The position numbers and the translations under genes were made by a program. Shown piece after piece: positions 12,148 through 24,858 of a stretch of 64,000 nucleotides of DNA. Source of the DNA: Lepidodermella squamata (taxonomy: Eukaryota > Animalia > Gastrotricha); the NCBI GenBank assembly GCA_047495785.1, contig JBLDXI010000033.1, forward strand, positions 2,542,001 to 2,606,000. Reading direction: 5' to 3'. The notes under the pieces were generated by a model. That model ran no database searches. It worked only from the letters and a program-made list of their open reading frames with translations, and was not told the origin of the DNA. Positions within the stretch are counted from its first letter, which is position 1. Each line of letters opens with the position of its first letter.

Positions 12148-15100
12148 TTAATCATCTTTCAAGCCAAGCTGGCGTAAGAAGTTGGTCTCCTCTTCGAGGT
12201 ACGCAGTATATTCCATTTTCAGTTTGAGTTCCTGTTCCTCGTCAGTCAGCGTAACATTAGGGGCAATCTACGAGAAGGGTCAAATAACGAGAATATATTG
12301 ACGGTATGTGCAAACTTACGCCTGCTTTTCGCTTGTTTTCAAGTTCGATTTGACGCTTCTCTTCCTCTCGAATGTCCCAGCGCCGAGAGACGAATGCGCG
12401 TCTTTTGACTTCGCGGTCATAATACGAGGCAACACTTTCCTTTTCAGAGCGCTGCGGAGTCCGCAAGCTGGCCGGAATTTCGAGAACTTGCACAACGCCA
12501 GCAGTAGTTCCAAAAGCTAAAAGCTCTTGCTTTGCTGCAACGAGTCATTGTAATTGAGAACGTGCTCGGATAAAATATATTGAACTCACAGTTAACCGTG
12601 AATGGAGATAAATAGGTGATCGGTTGAGCAGCTACAGCTTGCGACAATGAGCGTTCATGCGTGCGATCGAGCACATCCCAAATGTCGAGGACGCCGTCTT
12701 CTCGGGCGATAAAAAACATCGAAGGGCACGATGGTGACCAACAGCCGGCAGTCAATCTCCTTTCACTGGGTGCTGAGTGAAGAAGAGGACCAGTCTGTAA
12801 TTGAGTAAAACGAAAACACGATTATGCAAGTTTCTGGTGATGCATTACAACTAGGGTGCTACAATAGGTTGACACACTTTAAACAAAACAGAGAACCTGA
12901 TTATCATGCTTTTCAGGTAGCTAATAATTATCATTTGTTTCAACAATATAACGGTTGGCTAATTTTCTTGATCTAATGCGAGGTCGAACTTCTAAAGCTA
13001 TATACATGTTTAGGCTCGGTATACTGTATGGAAAATTAGAAGTAAACATTAGTCAAATATAACTAAAATTTAAGCAATTTAGAACTAACCTGCGTTCCCT
13101 CTTTCCAAATGGTGAAAGTCCAACCGCCAACACATAGCAAAATATCACGATAGAAAGGAGATCTTTGCAATGAAACTATCGGTCCATCATGAATGCTAAA
13201 GTAATAGTCGGGCTTTGGCGCTAAGAATCGTACACATTAGAGAAATGGAGTTGATAATGAATAGCAACAAACTTTGCAGTTTTCCCGAGTCTTGATCTTT
13301 AGCAGGCATCCAATCGGCGTAAACTATTTCACCATCTTCAGTTCCCACGTACACATGGGTCTTCACAGTTTGGAGAGTCCGCTGGTTTTTGTCTCTTGCT
13401 CCAGAACCAGGTCTTCCGACTGAGAACTCTCCTTTAGTTGTCTCCCTCGCGTTTTTGTCGTCAGTTGCAGCAGCCACTGATAGTTATAAACAATTTTAGA
13501 ACAAGAACATCCGATTTTTTATTTAGTTATTTGGGTTGATTGGGCAGAGTTTTGTTACAAGACAAATATGGGACAAATTTCTCAGGATAAATTATACGAA
13601 AATAAAAAAATCATGCTTTACTGAGCAATACAAAAATAATTACCGACGTCCCCTCAACGCATCAAATAGAAAATAAGAGATAATGTGAATAACTTGGGTG
13701 AAGTCACTTACAAGCACTGCGATCACCCTGCTTCTCACTGATAGAAAATCTGATAGGCTGGTGGTCGCCTCCAGGTTCAGACTTTTGCAGATAAATCTGG
13801 AGAAACGGCCGCCAAGTGAGATCCAAATGTCGGAAGGTATCGGGCACTCCCATTGTGCTTTTGATCGCTGATTTATCAGGCTGACCTTTGGGCGATCGAG
13901 TTTCCCATACAAGGCAGCGATGATCAGCAGCACATGTTAAAATCTGGACGCATTCTCCTGATTTATTTTCCTTTGGCTCTCCGAGTCTGTTCAACTCCAT
14001 GTGATCAGGAAGCCACACTAGATCAGTAATTGGAGCTTTGTGGCCATGATCAATATTCGAAACAGCACAATAACGCTGCGACGGAACCTCCGGAACAGCC
14101 TCCTCGAAGCCAGCCTAACACTCAGACAGGTAAAGAGATATCAAGGCTTAGATTTGTCTACTTACGATAGCGTCAGGGTTCTTCTTGTTCCTAGGTTGCC
14201 GTACAGTTTTCAGGCGAGATAAATGAGCCTCAATATCCCATAGCACGACTTGCCCGTTGTGGCAGCCCCCGGCAATTATAGCGGGATTAGTAGGGCAGAA
14301 TCGGAAAACATGAATATCATCTGGAGCTTCAAGTAAGAGTTGTGGCTTAATAGGATCAGCAAATGACCAAAGAAGTATGTACGAAGGCTGAACAGTTAGC
14401 TTGGGCAAGCTATCAACGCGATGGTCGAACGTCATGTTATGAGCTACTGACATCCCCAATAGTCCACGAATCGAAGGGTGCCAGTCGATACATGTAACGA
14501 CTTTGCCTTTACTGTTGCGAAGATCGGCAAAAGACTGGTATTCTTTCAAGTGGTTGTCCGCCTTACTACCAATAGCAGAGGCGCGTTCCTCCAATTCGAC
14601 GTAATCATCGATAAATATATTGAAAATTTCATTCTGCTGCAAAGCCTCTTCAAACCTATCAACTCATGATTTAAAAAAAATCAGAATAAAGAATAAGAAT
14701 TCACTTTGGTCGAGATTTTTGAGCCAATTCTCCGAGCTCAGGGTCTTCCACATATTTTTGACATTCTTCATCGGTGAATTCTCGAGGTTTGGTTTGAGTC
14801 TGGGCGTTCCTGGGATTGGCCCAGTGAGTTTGAGTTCCTGACTGTTCCACGGGGGCCGCTGCCTATTATTGGACAATGGTGATAGGTATATTGAATCGAA
14901 TCGAGCGATGGTCCATGACTTACTTGAATTCCTTTCTCCAGTTCCATACGGCTCAGCCCAGAGTAAAGCTTGTCTTCGTAGCTAAGGCATTCAGCATAAC
15001 CATTTTTTATTTGATCGACATTTTTATCCATGAGCTTAATTGGCGCTCCAAAAGCCCGTCGCAATTTAGAAATTTGCATCTGAATCTATTAGAAAAACCA

Positions 15101-16256
15101 AGTGACGGTTTGTTGTATGAAATCGATATAATTAATTACCAAAGGTCTTGTTGGCCTAACAGTCTCTTCATCAACTTCCTTCTCGCTGCCGAATGATTCC
15201 CACTTTTTGCTGACCGGCGGGATATAGGTATATATCGTTTCATCCTCCTCTTCGTCGCCTTCAGGTGGTTGCTCAGGCGGGGGCTAGCATAAGAAGATGA
15301 AACAGATGGGTCAGCAGTGGCTTGAAGAGATAAAAATGAGACCAGCCGCAAGAAAAACAATAAAATGTCTCCGCGATTAGTCTTAACAAGCCTGGTAATG
15401 CTTGTTAGATTTGACATTTTGCATCCGTTGATCGAGTTCTAGTGGGCGGTCTCACCTAGGATTTACTTACCTTCAAAATTGCTTCCTTGGAGGCTTCATT
15501 AAGTACGATCAAAAAGTTTTGGCCATATTTGAAATCATGGTCATAAATCATAAGAATCTCTTCGCCAGGATAATCCTAACATCAATGCACAAGGTATGAA
15601 CAACAAAACCAGAAAACAAGAGTCAATCATACCGCAATGACTTTTTTCATGGGTTGGAAGTCCGATACGGCTGCCCTTGCTTTAATGTCCATAATAATAT
15701 CATCCTTTTTCATTAGTTTGAATGGCTGATCAGCGGTCACATGCTTGTCAGCAACAATCGACATCAACTCCTGTGTTCTGGAGGCAAGGAAGAGAGCCGA
15801 GCATCCCTCAGGCAGGCCATCTTAAAATCAGAAGATATATTCACGACAGCAGCAATTCCACGAACTCTTACTTTTATCCAGCATAGCTCTTAGTGTATCG
15901 CCATGAACAGGAAACTCAGCGGATACAGGAGCCGGGGTGGGAATTACTTCCTTCGCACCATCGGTTTTGTTGGACATATTTGTATCTGATTATCAAAAGC
16001 TGTCATTGGAAAGAACAGTCCTGAAATAGATATAAATACCTCTTCCTTTAGCAGAGGCCCTTCCATCAGAAGGTGTCGCAGCACCTCGCGAGCCAGCTCG
16101 ATTGTCAACATTCTTTGCGCTCGGAGGTTTGTTGGCACTTTGTGGTTTGCTTGGAGGGCTGCCTGCAGGGCGGGTGGGAGATTGACGAGAAGGAGACCCA
16201 CTCTGTCTGGATTTACCAGCAGATGCTCTACTTCCAGGTTTCGGAGAACCAGACAT
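12148..16256 (-). CDS. DNAI3: Axonemal dynein intermediate chain WDR63/DNAI3 (many exons)
   Basis: Exons encode 'LFLASRTQE', 'RAAVSDFQP', 'YDHDFKYGQNF', 'LQQNEIFNIFIDDY', 'LKEYQSFADL..SKGK', 'ILLWSFADPIKPQLLLEAPDD', 'YVGTEDGEIVYADW' and 'LQRSPFYRDILLCVGGW'. Confidence 0.9.
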
Positions 16257-16341
16257 GCTATCGTTTGCCGATATTCTTCATATGCCGCCACCTTCAAAAC
16301 CAGAGCACATAGAGTGCCCGAACGCGGCGCCAGCCAATGTC

Positions 16342-16355
16342 GTTACTATGACAAC
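16342..16355. promoter_or_regulatory. RFX X-box in the promoter of the ciliary gene WDR63/DNAI3
   Basis: GTTACT-AT-GACAAC fits the GTHNYY-AT-RRNAAC consensus, ~90 nt upstream of the ATG. Confidence 0.7.
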
Positions 16356-16994
16356 AATATTATAACAAAATCTTTATTTACATACATAAATTAAAATTAT
16401 TCTAACAGACAATAATCATTAATATTGGTTTGTTTGCCGCGGTTTAGTTGTGAAACTTTTTTGTTTGTTGGTGGTTTACGCGCTAAACGAGGCGACCGCA
16501 TCTACCTCATCCAACGACCAATGAGATGCGATTCCAATAAGGGGTTAAAATGCGTTGAAACATTTAAACATTTATTTGAAGAAGTCGCAACCATGAATCA
16601 AACCGATCAATTTTTCGACGGCGAATCTCTGCTAAACTCCAATGTTACAGCAATGGCGCATTTTGCGCACATGACAGTTGAATAAAAGGGCTAACGAAAC
16701 GACTTTTGCGTGGTGTCAGATTACCCTTAAACCTTTAACCTTTAAGAGTAGAAGGCCAACTGCAAAATTTTATTTAATTAAGAACAGCAACGCCACAAGC
16801 GGAGAATAGTGGTTTTGAGGACCGCATGCTGCATATATAAATGACATTCCTATAGCTGTTTATTACAATCTTCAACAAAACGTGGAATTTTATCATACGT
16901 TGAACTGACAACTCGCATAGCAGTGCTCAATATTTGAAGCTTAAGCATGGTCAATGGAACTGGTGAACTTAGCCTGAGCGATCGCTGGTCAGAC

Positions 16995-17537
16995 TTAATG
17001 CATTTCGCGATTCATTGATGTCGGCTGGGTTGTAACTACTTTATCGTTCATTTGCTGCATCAGACCGAATGGGAAATATTAAACTAATTATGTTTGAAAT
17101 AATAATATTAAAAATGTTCGACTCACGTTAGTCATCTGAATCAGCGAACAGCAGCTGCAGCAACAAGACACCATGAAATCTTTGCAACATGTGCCCTGTG
17201 TAAAAAGAATAATTGTGGTTAAAATCTGCAGCATCAGAAGCTTACTTCTATGTGGTACCGTTCGCGGACTTTCCCACGCAGTGACGTCAGCAAGGCCAGG
17301 TTTACGATTGGGACAAGGTAAGCCCAGCCACACGCACAGCAGTTTTTATCAAATTTAGACCAGTTTTGCTATCAAGGCATGAATGCTATTAACAAAGAGG
17401 AAGCAATAGAAGTCGTAAATACTTACTCCGTGCAATACGCAGGGAACAAAGTAAGCGGCGGCGCACGTCCCACAATGAACGCAGCATTGGCAAACACCAG
17501 TTTTCCATTTTCCGTCACTGATGACTGGCGTGGTCAT
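16995..17537 (-). CDS. PLAC8/cornifelin family Cys-rich protein, copy 1 (4 exons)
   Basis: WKTGVCQC...CAAAYFVPCVLHG / LRGKVRERYHIE / GTCCKDFMVSCCCSCCSLIQM; exons assembled via GT-AG introns. Confidence 0.85.
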
Positions 17538-18062
17538 ATTTAATTGTTATTTTTCGTTTCAAACTAAACAAGGTGATGCTATTGAGTGATTCTAGGCACA
17601 CATAAGGTTAACTGGGTAGATAAAATTACACCCGCATTGGAGTAATACGAAAAAATACGCTGAGACAAGGAAATCGGAGTAAAAGTAGGTGTAAGTTTTC
17701 AGGCTGTTTTAATATCGCAATGTCAATGCCCAAGTTTTTGCTCGCATGCACGTGCTTTTCTCTTTACATTTCTGCGATTGCTTTCACGGAATACTTGGAA
17801 TGCATCAGGTATTGACATTTGAAGAGAAGGAAAAAACTGTGAATAGAGTTGTTTTAGCTGTTACATCTAATTTTACTGTAAACGTAAATCCATGCCCTGA
17901 TATATATAATTGAGGGGAATAAGGCTAAAACCGTTCTCTGGTTGCAATTTTTCTTCGTTTTTTATTAATGCGGCAACTAGCTTGATCGAATAGCGACGCT
18001 ATAGCAGGGGTTTTACGATTTCTTCACACGCCTTCATACGGGAGCGGGGACGCAAAAAAATA

Positions 18063-18260
18063 ACAGGGTTGTGATCGAAGGAAAAATGTGCATTTGCAAT
18101 TTTTGTTACGCAACAATGAACGAGCCGATGAGAGCCAAATTTTACCTGGCGTTAGCCATATCTAAGAGCTACCTGTGGTAAAAAATTGGCCCGCCAGGAT
18201 CCTCCATTACAATGTTTTAATGACTCAAAGTTTGCACTTTTCTTTCGATCACAACCCTGT
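18063..18260. mobile_element. MITE (~200 bp) with CAGGG-type terminal inverted repeats
   Basis: ACAGGGTTGTGATCGAAGGAAAA...TGCA at the left end versus TGCA...TTTTCTTTCGATCACAACCCTGT at the right end; an inner inverted pair (GCCAAATTTTACC / GGTAAAAAATTGGC); TA flank on the right. Confidence 0.75.
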
Positions 18261-18452
18261 AAAAATTTACCAATAAGTTAGTTCTTCATTTTTATTAGCC
18301 CTGCTTTCCTTCCACCGCTGGAAAAATGTATAGACTTGCCATGGTAAAGAGTGAGTGAAAAGTTGGAAAAGACCAGCGATTCCAATAAAACATAGATATA
18401 AAAAGATTTATCGAGAAATAAGTGTCTTTTCTAGGGAACGGCCGGTCATCTT

Positions 18453-18960
18453 TCAACGTGGCTGAGTCGTGACCAGGCTCTCGTCAAGTTGCTAAAAAAC
18501 GAAACCATGAAAGTAAATTCTGAGCTTAACATTTAGCATCAACGCATGCTTATAACTTACGTTTGTTATCTGAATTAAGGTGCAGCAGCTACAACACCAC
18601 GAAGCAATACAGTCGTGGCAGCAAGTCCCCTACAAAAAATTTAAGTTTTTCACTAATACGTGAAATACCTATTAATAAACAACGTTGATGTGGTATCGCT
18701 GTCGCACTTTGCCTCGTAAATGCGTGAGTAATGACCAATTCAAAATTGGTACAAGGTATGCGAAGCTGCATCCGCAACAACTTCCATCGAACTTGCCCCA
18801 AGCATTCTGCAATAGAAGATATTCATTGCCCATTAACGAAGCCTTGGCTTTACTTTCATGGACATACTCCGTGAAGAATGCAAGGCATGAAAAAACCACA
18901 GGCACAAGTAATCATGTTAGCGCTGCAGCTGCAGAGCCCTGTTTTCCAAGATTCACTCAT
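18453..18960 (-). CDS. PLAC8/cornifelin family Cys-rich protein, copy 2 (4 exons)
   Basis: MSESWKTGLCSC...FFMPCILHG / LRGKVRQRYHIN / GTCCHDCIASWCCSCCTLIQI / QLDESLVTTQPR; same intron positions as copy 1. Confidence 0.85.
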
Positions 18961-19518
18961 ATCGCAGATTTAAATAGCCAAGAGAAGCAAGCGGATTATG
19001 AATTTGTTTGATGGAAAAGCTAAAAATGCATGGAAAAATTGGCACATTCAGCAAATGTACTTATTATCGTTTTTTTGCCTCACCTATTCATTGCTATTTT
19101 TTATCTATCAAAAATGCGACATCACGGGACAGCTCTTTAAGCGGAAAAGGAGCCTTTTCTAAAGCGCAGCTGGGTAGCAGCTTAGAATTCTTTGTAAGTT
19201 GTGCTTCAATAATTGCGGTACAAAATGAAAAACACAGAATTGATGCCATTTGCCCCGCTCTTGCAAAAAATAACAACATCTTTAAACATTCAAACGACAA
19301 AGAAGGTTTTAATTTAGCACTTCGAAACATTTTATTTCACTTTTTTATTAAAAATGGGACAATTCAGCAGCACTGAAGTTAACGCTATCAAAAGTGACAA
19401 CGGAAAAGGCGCAATGTGATTGCTTGATTGATTCAGCTCAATAAACACCCAAAACGAAGAATTTTTATAAATAGAAATATCGACATTTCGCGAGGTGAAT
19501 TTGTTAAATTACGAGAAA

Positions 19519-20098
19519 CTACAACAGGACTGTTTTATCAAAAATGTTGTCGAAAGAAACTATTTGCACATGCAGTCGGCCGTCGAACGGGAAATACTTG
19601 GATATCGAAAGGTGCAGCCGCTCGAGGTAATCCTCGACGACAGGCCGTAGACGCTGCTTAGCAGGCCGTTCACTATCTCGCTTGCCTACAATAATAGTCA
19701 AGTGGCGGACGTTGTGAACTCGCGCCAACTTGAGCCGCTCCTGCAGGTAGCCGATCGCCTCATCAGAAGTCAATTCGCGCAGGTCGATCTCATGGATGGC
19801 TCGGCGTCGGTTGTACGCTCGCTTCAACAGGCAAGCTGCTTCGCTGTTGGCCTTGTGCGCTGCCTCGTCGGCTACCTGCGCCCGTTCCAAAAGAGTCTTC
19901 GCTTCGGCCAGAAGCTGGTCACGTGCTCGCGCGTGGGCTTGCGCGACGCTCCTTAACGACCTCGCTTTTATTTTTTGCCGCTCGGGAGCTATGAAATAAT
20001 GAAGATATGAAATAGCCCGAAATGTTACAACATTCCCAACCCCTAAATTTGATAATTTTGGCCTGTCGAATTCTAATTTAAACCGAAGTTTGTCCCAT
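19519..20098 (-). CDS. Small DUF1771-like helical + Smr domain protein (5' structure uncertain)
   Basis: Helical 'AHKANSEAA..L..AYN' followed by 'IDLRELTSDEAI..L..RL', 'LTIIVGK' and 'LRPVVEDYL', the Smr domain pattern. The frame is open from the acceptor at 19988. Confidence 0.7.
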
Positions 20099-22563
20099 AA
20101 CTAAGGTGAGCGAGAAATAAAAGGCAAACCTGATAGGCGAAGTATTTGAAATACAAATACGAAAAAGACGAACAAAATTGATGAAGTGACAAATGCTAGG
20201 ACCATTTCGAACTTGAGTCCGAATATTCGGACGGAATAAATTTCGGACGAAAATACAGGTTGAACTTCTTGTTTGTAATAAATCCTATGTTGAATGAACA
20301 GCAGATATGTCAGAAATTTCCTAAAAAAATTGTCACAAGCTCATTATCAATTGATTGTTTTTGTTTTGAAGTGGTGGCGCGTGGCCATTTGAATCATATT
20401 TGTAATAAAAAACCGGCGCATGCATAATAATGAACATTAAAAAAAATTCGCAATATAATAATGTTTTAAGCCATTTCTTTGCTATTGCTACTAAGAGCGC
20501 TTTTTGAACAGACGCGGAAGATGCGGCCACATTAGGTGTCAAGATCTTCGATGGCGCAAAAAAGTCAGCGCGCTACGGTTAAAAGGGCTAACCTAAACTG
20601 ACGCATTTTCCCAAGGAATAGCGGATGAAGCGTGACCTGTCTGGACTCACCTCTAATTAGTTATTTGAAGACGCAGAATAGCATATCCAGGAACAATTCA
20701 TTTACTTTTAATGATGATGCTTAATAGAAGGATTAAAACAGCTCAGTTCCGTCTAAGTGACTGTGTAAAATTTAGTAGTAGGTATAACTGCTATAAGCAT
20801 AATCGTCTGCCAATAATGTGTCTTGCTCAAGTAAATATGAGTAATTTTGAGAGACGTTGTTGTAAAGTTGCCTCATCCAGCCACAAGCGTACAAAAGGCA
20901 AGTAGTGCTTTGTCACGCTAGCGCGCATGACATCTCTCGAGTGCAATCGTGTTCGCGCCACTCGCTGAGTGGTATGAACTTTTAACAACCACAGATTTAA
21001 AACAAGATTTTCTAACACGTCGCGTTGGCCGCGCAGTAATTATTAGTTATTACACGCTCTCGTAGCAGCATGCGCACCCGAACATGCCGCCGTGGTTGTG
21101 CGCCGCTGGGTACAAAAAAGCGGCACCGAGATACAATTGCGAAAGCTCATCTAAATGTCAATCTCATGCATGTAATCAAAACCAATTGTTTAAATTGAGG
21201 TGAAAAATGGGCGGAAATTCTGGGTAAAAGAAATCGCAGTAAATAAACCCCGTGGAAATGTACTCGCCGGTTTACCAGAGGGCATCGCGATAGCATGACT
21301 GCCCTAGGTTAGTAAAAGTCCAACTCTCCTCCTTAAAGATAAGCCACCACGCCTACGGCGGTCTACGGCTTCAATGTTATCAGCTGTTCATTTCCTGTGT
21401 AGGCAGATCATCGTGATAGTAAACAGTGTTGAGTTTTTCCGCGCGCTATTTTACATTATATGAAGACATCACATGGTCAAGTGCCAAATTTAACGGTGAA
21501 ATGGTAAAGTGAAAAAAAACGCAGATCTAGCAGTTCTGCAGCCCAATGTACAGGAACAAAATGTCGGCGAATTCACAGCTGGGCGAAAAAAAACACGTGC
21601 TATGGCGAAAAAAACGCTTACGCAGTTGTTGGAGGTTTATTTATATTATTACTGTTTCATCGCAAACACGGCTGTGTGGGAGAGAGCGGGAACGAAGTCT
21701 AAATTTTTATTAGCTTCATCACGCCCCTGAGGGAAATTAACATTCAGTCGCGTACTCTGTAGTAGTCCAGCCAGAACGAGGGCTAAAATTTCTGAAAACT
21801 TGGTGGCCGTTTACGTTCTTTGCGTTGAGTTGGCCCCGAAGCTTGCACAATATTTATATGGCAGTAGTTGTGATTGACCCGAATCTAAAAAAACCCCGTA
21901 AATTCGACTTGTTTCGGCTGGATTTTCGGAAGTATAAAAAAAACGCTTCAGAATTTTGTACATCTTTTGGATCCGGTAGTATCAAATTTAAGCCATGAAA
22001 CCGCGTTTGAAAGGGTAACATCTGGTGTTGAAAATTACCGTTGCTTAATAAATCCATTTTACAATTCTGACCTTGGGGAAAAAATCTTGGAAAAAATCAG
22101 AGAATATTGAAAAGGCGTCGTTCGACTACTTCAAATATCATAAAAAAGGGTTCCTCTTGACCATTTGTCTGGAAAGCTATAAGGTCTGTCAACTGGGGAA
22201 CAGTTCCCATGAGCGTATATTTTCTGTTACTTTCTACAAGCCGGACGTTGCGTTACTGAAAGAAGTCACAAGCCAACCCCTTAATTCTCTTCAGCTCTAC
22301 ACGAACAATAATTTATATTGAACTAGTTATTCTGTGATCTATGTGATACAGCCGCCTATTTTCTTTCATTTCCACTAGGTATATATGCGCATTTTATTGG
22401 ACTAAGGCGGCAAAGAAGCAAGGTTCAGACCCCTTCATAAGCGTTTGTCAACTTGAATGAGTATATCAATAAATGTTCATGCAAAACTGAGTTGTTAAGT
22501 TCAAATATATCATTCAATTGTCATTGAAGCAGTAAAGCTGTCCGGAATTTTACACTGTATTTT

Positions 22564-24106
22564 TTAACAAGACTTGGAAATGTTGCGGGATTCCTTGCTC
22601 TTAAGGGCGCTTCCGTTATCGCAAAACTTGGCTTCCAGCTGTGATTCCCCGGCAAAGACCATGACGGTTGACGGAACGATAGTAGGGCTCCATTGCCACT
22701 GAGAAATTTCATAGAAGGCAGCGTCGTGTTTCCAAGACACCTCGACAGACGAAAGTTTGCCAACATTCACGGGCGAGGTGACAAGGAAGTCGTAGACAGC
22801 TCCAGGGTTGATGTAGAAGTTGCCCTCTCCGAGTTGAAGCTTGTCTGTTACGCCGCGGTCGCCGAAGAGGCGGACCCACACGATTCCTTTCTGATTCTTG
22901 TTCTTGTCATTCTTGATCGTCAGCTGGACGTGGTAGTGGTAACGACAGAACGGAGCTTTCTCCCCGGTGATACTCCAGAACATATTGTTCACCGAGTTAT
23001 CGCTCGGTTTCGCCGCAACATAGCCGAGACCGTTGCAGCCCTTGGTCTTGTCGCCATTTGTAGGGCATCGCAGGCATCGACCAGTCTTAAATTCATCAAA
23101 GTCCTGGCACCTGTATGTGCGGAAGGGGCAAGACGATGTGATCGATTCCCCGACGTAATCGTAAGCTCTCATGTGCCCGCAAGCTACGGTATAGCGAATG
23201 CCTTCAACAACTCCGTTTGCGAGAATAAGCTTGATAGGTCCTTTCGACCCGCAGCCAGGCTGAAGAAGACCGCCGTTAGGATACGTGTCAACATGTCCTG
23301 AGGGTTGCCACAGGCCAAGACCGTTCATGTTGTTGAATGGGTTAATGATAGTGAAGACGTCATTCGCGTCGGTGTGAACTATATCCACGAACTTGGCGTC
23401 GGTTTCGTCCAATCGAACCTCGCGGGTTGTGTTTTGGAAGTAGGGATCAGCCGGGTCCATTCCAGTAATGCGGCCTAGGCTAGGCATGCGCTCTCCGGCG
23501 TAGCCTGCAACATGAGCTCCGAGCGAGTGTCCCAAGAGATGGAACTTGCTATGATCGGCACCGGTCTGCTCGGTCAGCCAGAACGAAAGCTGAGCGATTT
23601 GAGCGCCAACAACGCGTGTGTTCGCCGCAGCCTGACCGTACAGCTTGCGACCGCCGCCAACCCAGTTGACTAAAAACACGTTGCAGTCCTCAGAAATGAG
23701 GAAATGCTTCGCCATCTCCTTCATCCAAGGCGCCATGCCTGTTGAGTCGATCCATCCATGCATGACGAACTTGGTGGGAAGTTTCCCGTTAAAGTTTGAG
23801 TTTTTCAATGAGTTTACATCCTTCGCAACGACAAGTTGGAACTTGTCCATGTTCTTGCGGGTGTATAATTGAAACTCAGTTTTGATCTCATCCGGACTGT
23901 TAGGCAGTAATGCAACGCGGCCGAAGGCACTGAATGGTGGATCCGTGGAAAAGCAACCCAGGTCTTCATAGCAAACCGAAGTCGGCGAAGCAGCTATTTA
24001 GGATTGTTTCATCTTTGACTATATTGAATGCTATTTAGGATCTGAAACACTTACCTCTCGAAGCTGCAACGCATAGCGAAAATAAAATGGTAAACCGGTA
24101 AGTCAT
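22564..24106 (-). CDS. Secreted pancreatic lipase-related protein with C-terminal PLAT domain
   Basis: Signal-peptide exon, 'VCYEDLGCF', 'HGW', catalytic GHSLG, 'RITGMDPA', 'DAKFVDIVHTD', 'GHVDTYPNGG..QPGC', 'CGHMRA' and a PLAT domain. One intron; TATAAAAG upstream (24171-24178, minus strand). Confidence 0.95.
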
Positions 24107-24858
24107 TGACGGTGTAATGCAAATAAAACCTTTTTTGTGTGACTGAACCTTGTCTAGCAATTGGGTCAACCTTTTATAGGCGCAAATTTGTCTTCAATAT
24201 CAAGTCTCACACGTTATCTTTTCGTGGAACCTTTGCTCCAACTTCACAGGAGGATTTATAACTGCCACACCAAATAAGGACGAACCACGCCCGCTGTATC
24301 GTCAACGCGAGATATTATGGTAGGGCAGTACTTCTTGCCCGAATCACGTGCCTGTTCACGCCAGTTTGAAGGCCAATTTATAAGAAGCGGCCAACAATGA
24401 CCCCGGGTTCGCTGAAATGCTCTCAAATTAATGAGCTTATTCTGTTCGCATATCATTATGATAAAGCCCTTCCCGCCTTCACTTTTTTCAAATTTCTCAC
24501 GGTTATCGCCAGACCGTGCACCTGCCAGATCGGCGTGGCAAGCGTTACCGGAAGGAATTATTATTCATATTGCATAGTTTTAGGTAAAAAAAAATAAGTC
24601 ACCTGTCCCAACGCCAGATCCATTATTATTATTCATTATAAGTAATACTATCGTCGTTCTTTATTTCTTTACCTCTTTATAAGATCCAGGCTCTGAATCT
24701 CTGCGTTATCTTGGAATTTTCAGTATGGGTGTTGGTATTTCTATTAGGAATCATTGGAGGCTGTCATTCTGTAATGTCGGGTCAATCTGAATGACCAATC
24801 TGAATTAGCTTGGATTGGTCCAAGTCCTTACTCGTATGGGAGAGGATGTCTGCAAGAT

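Noticed and set aside
21351-21370. GCCTACGGC resembling a 5S rRNA 5' end
   Set aside because: Similarity stops after 9 nt.
22693-23301. 202-aa plus-strand ORF
   Set aside because: Antisense shadow of the codon-biased lipase CDS; no motifs.
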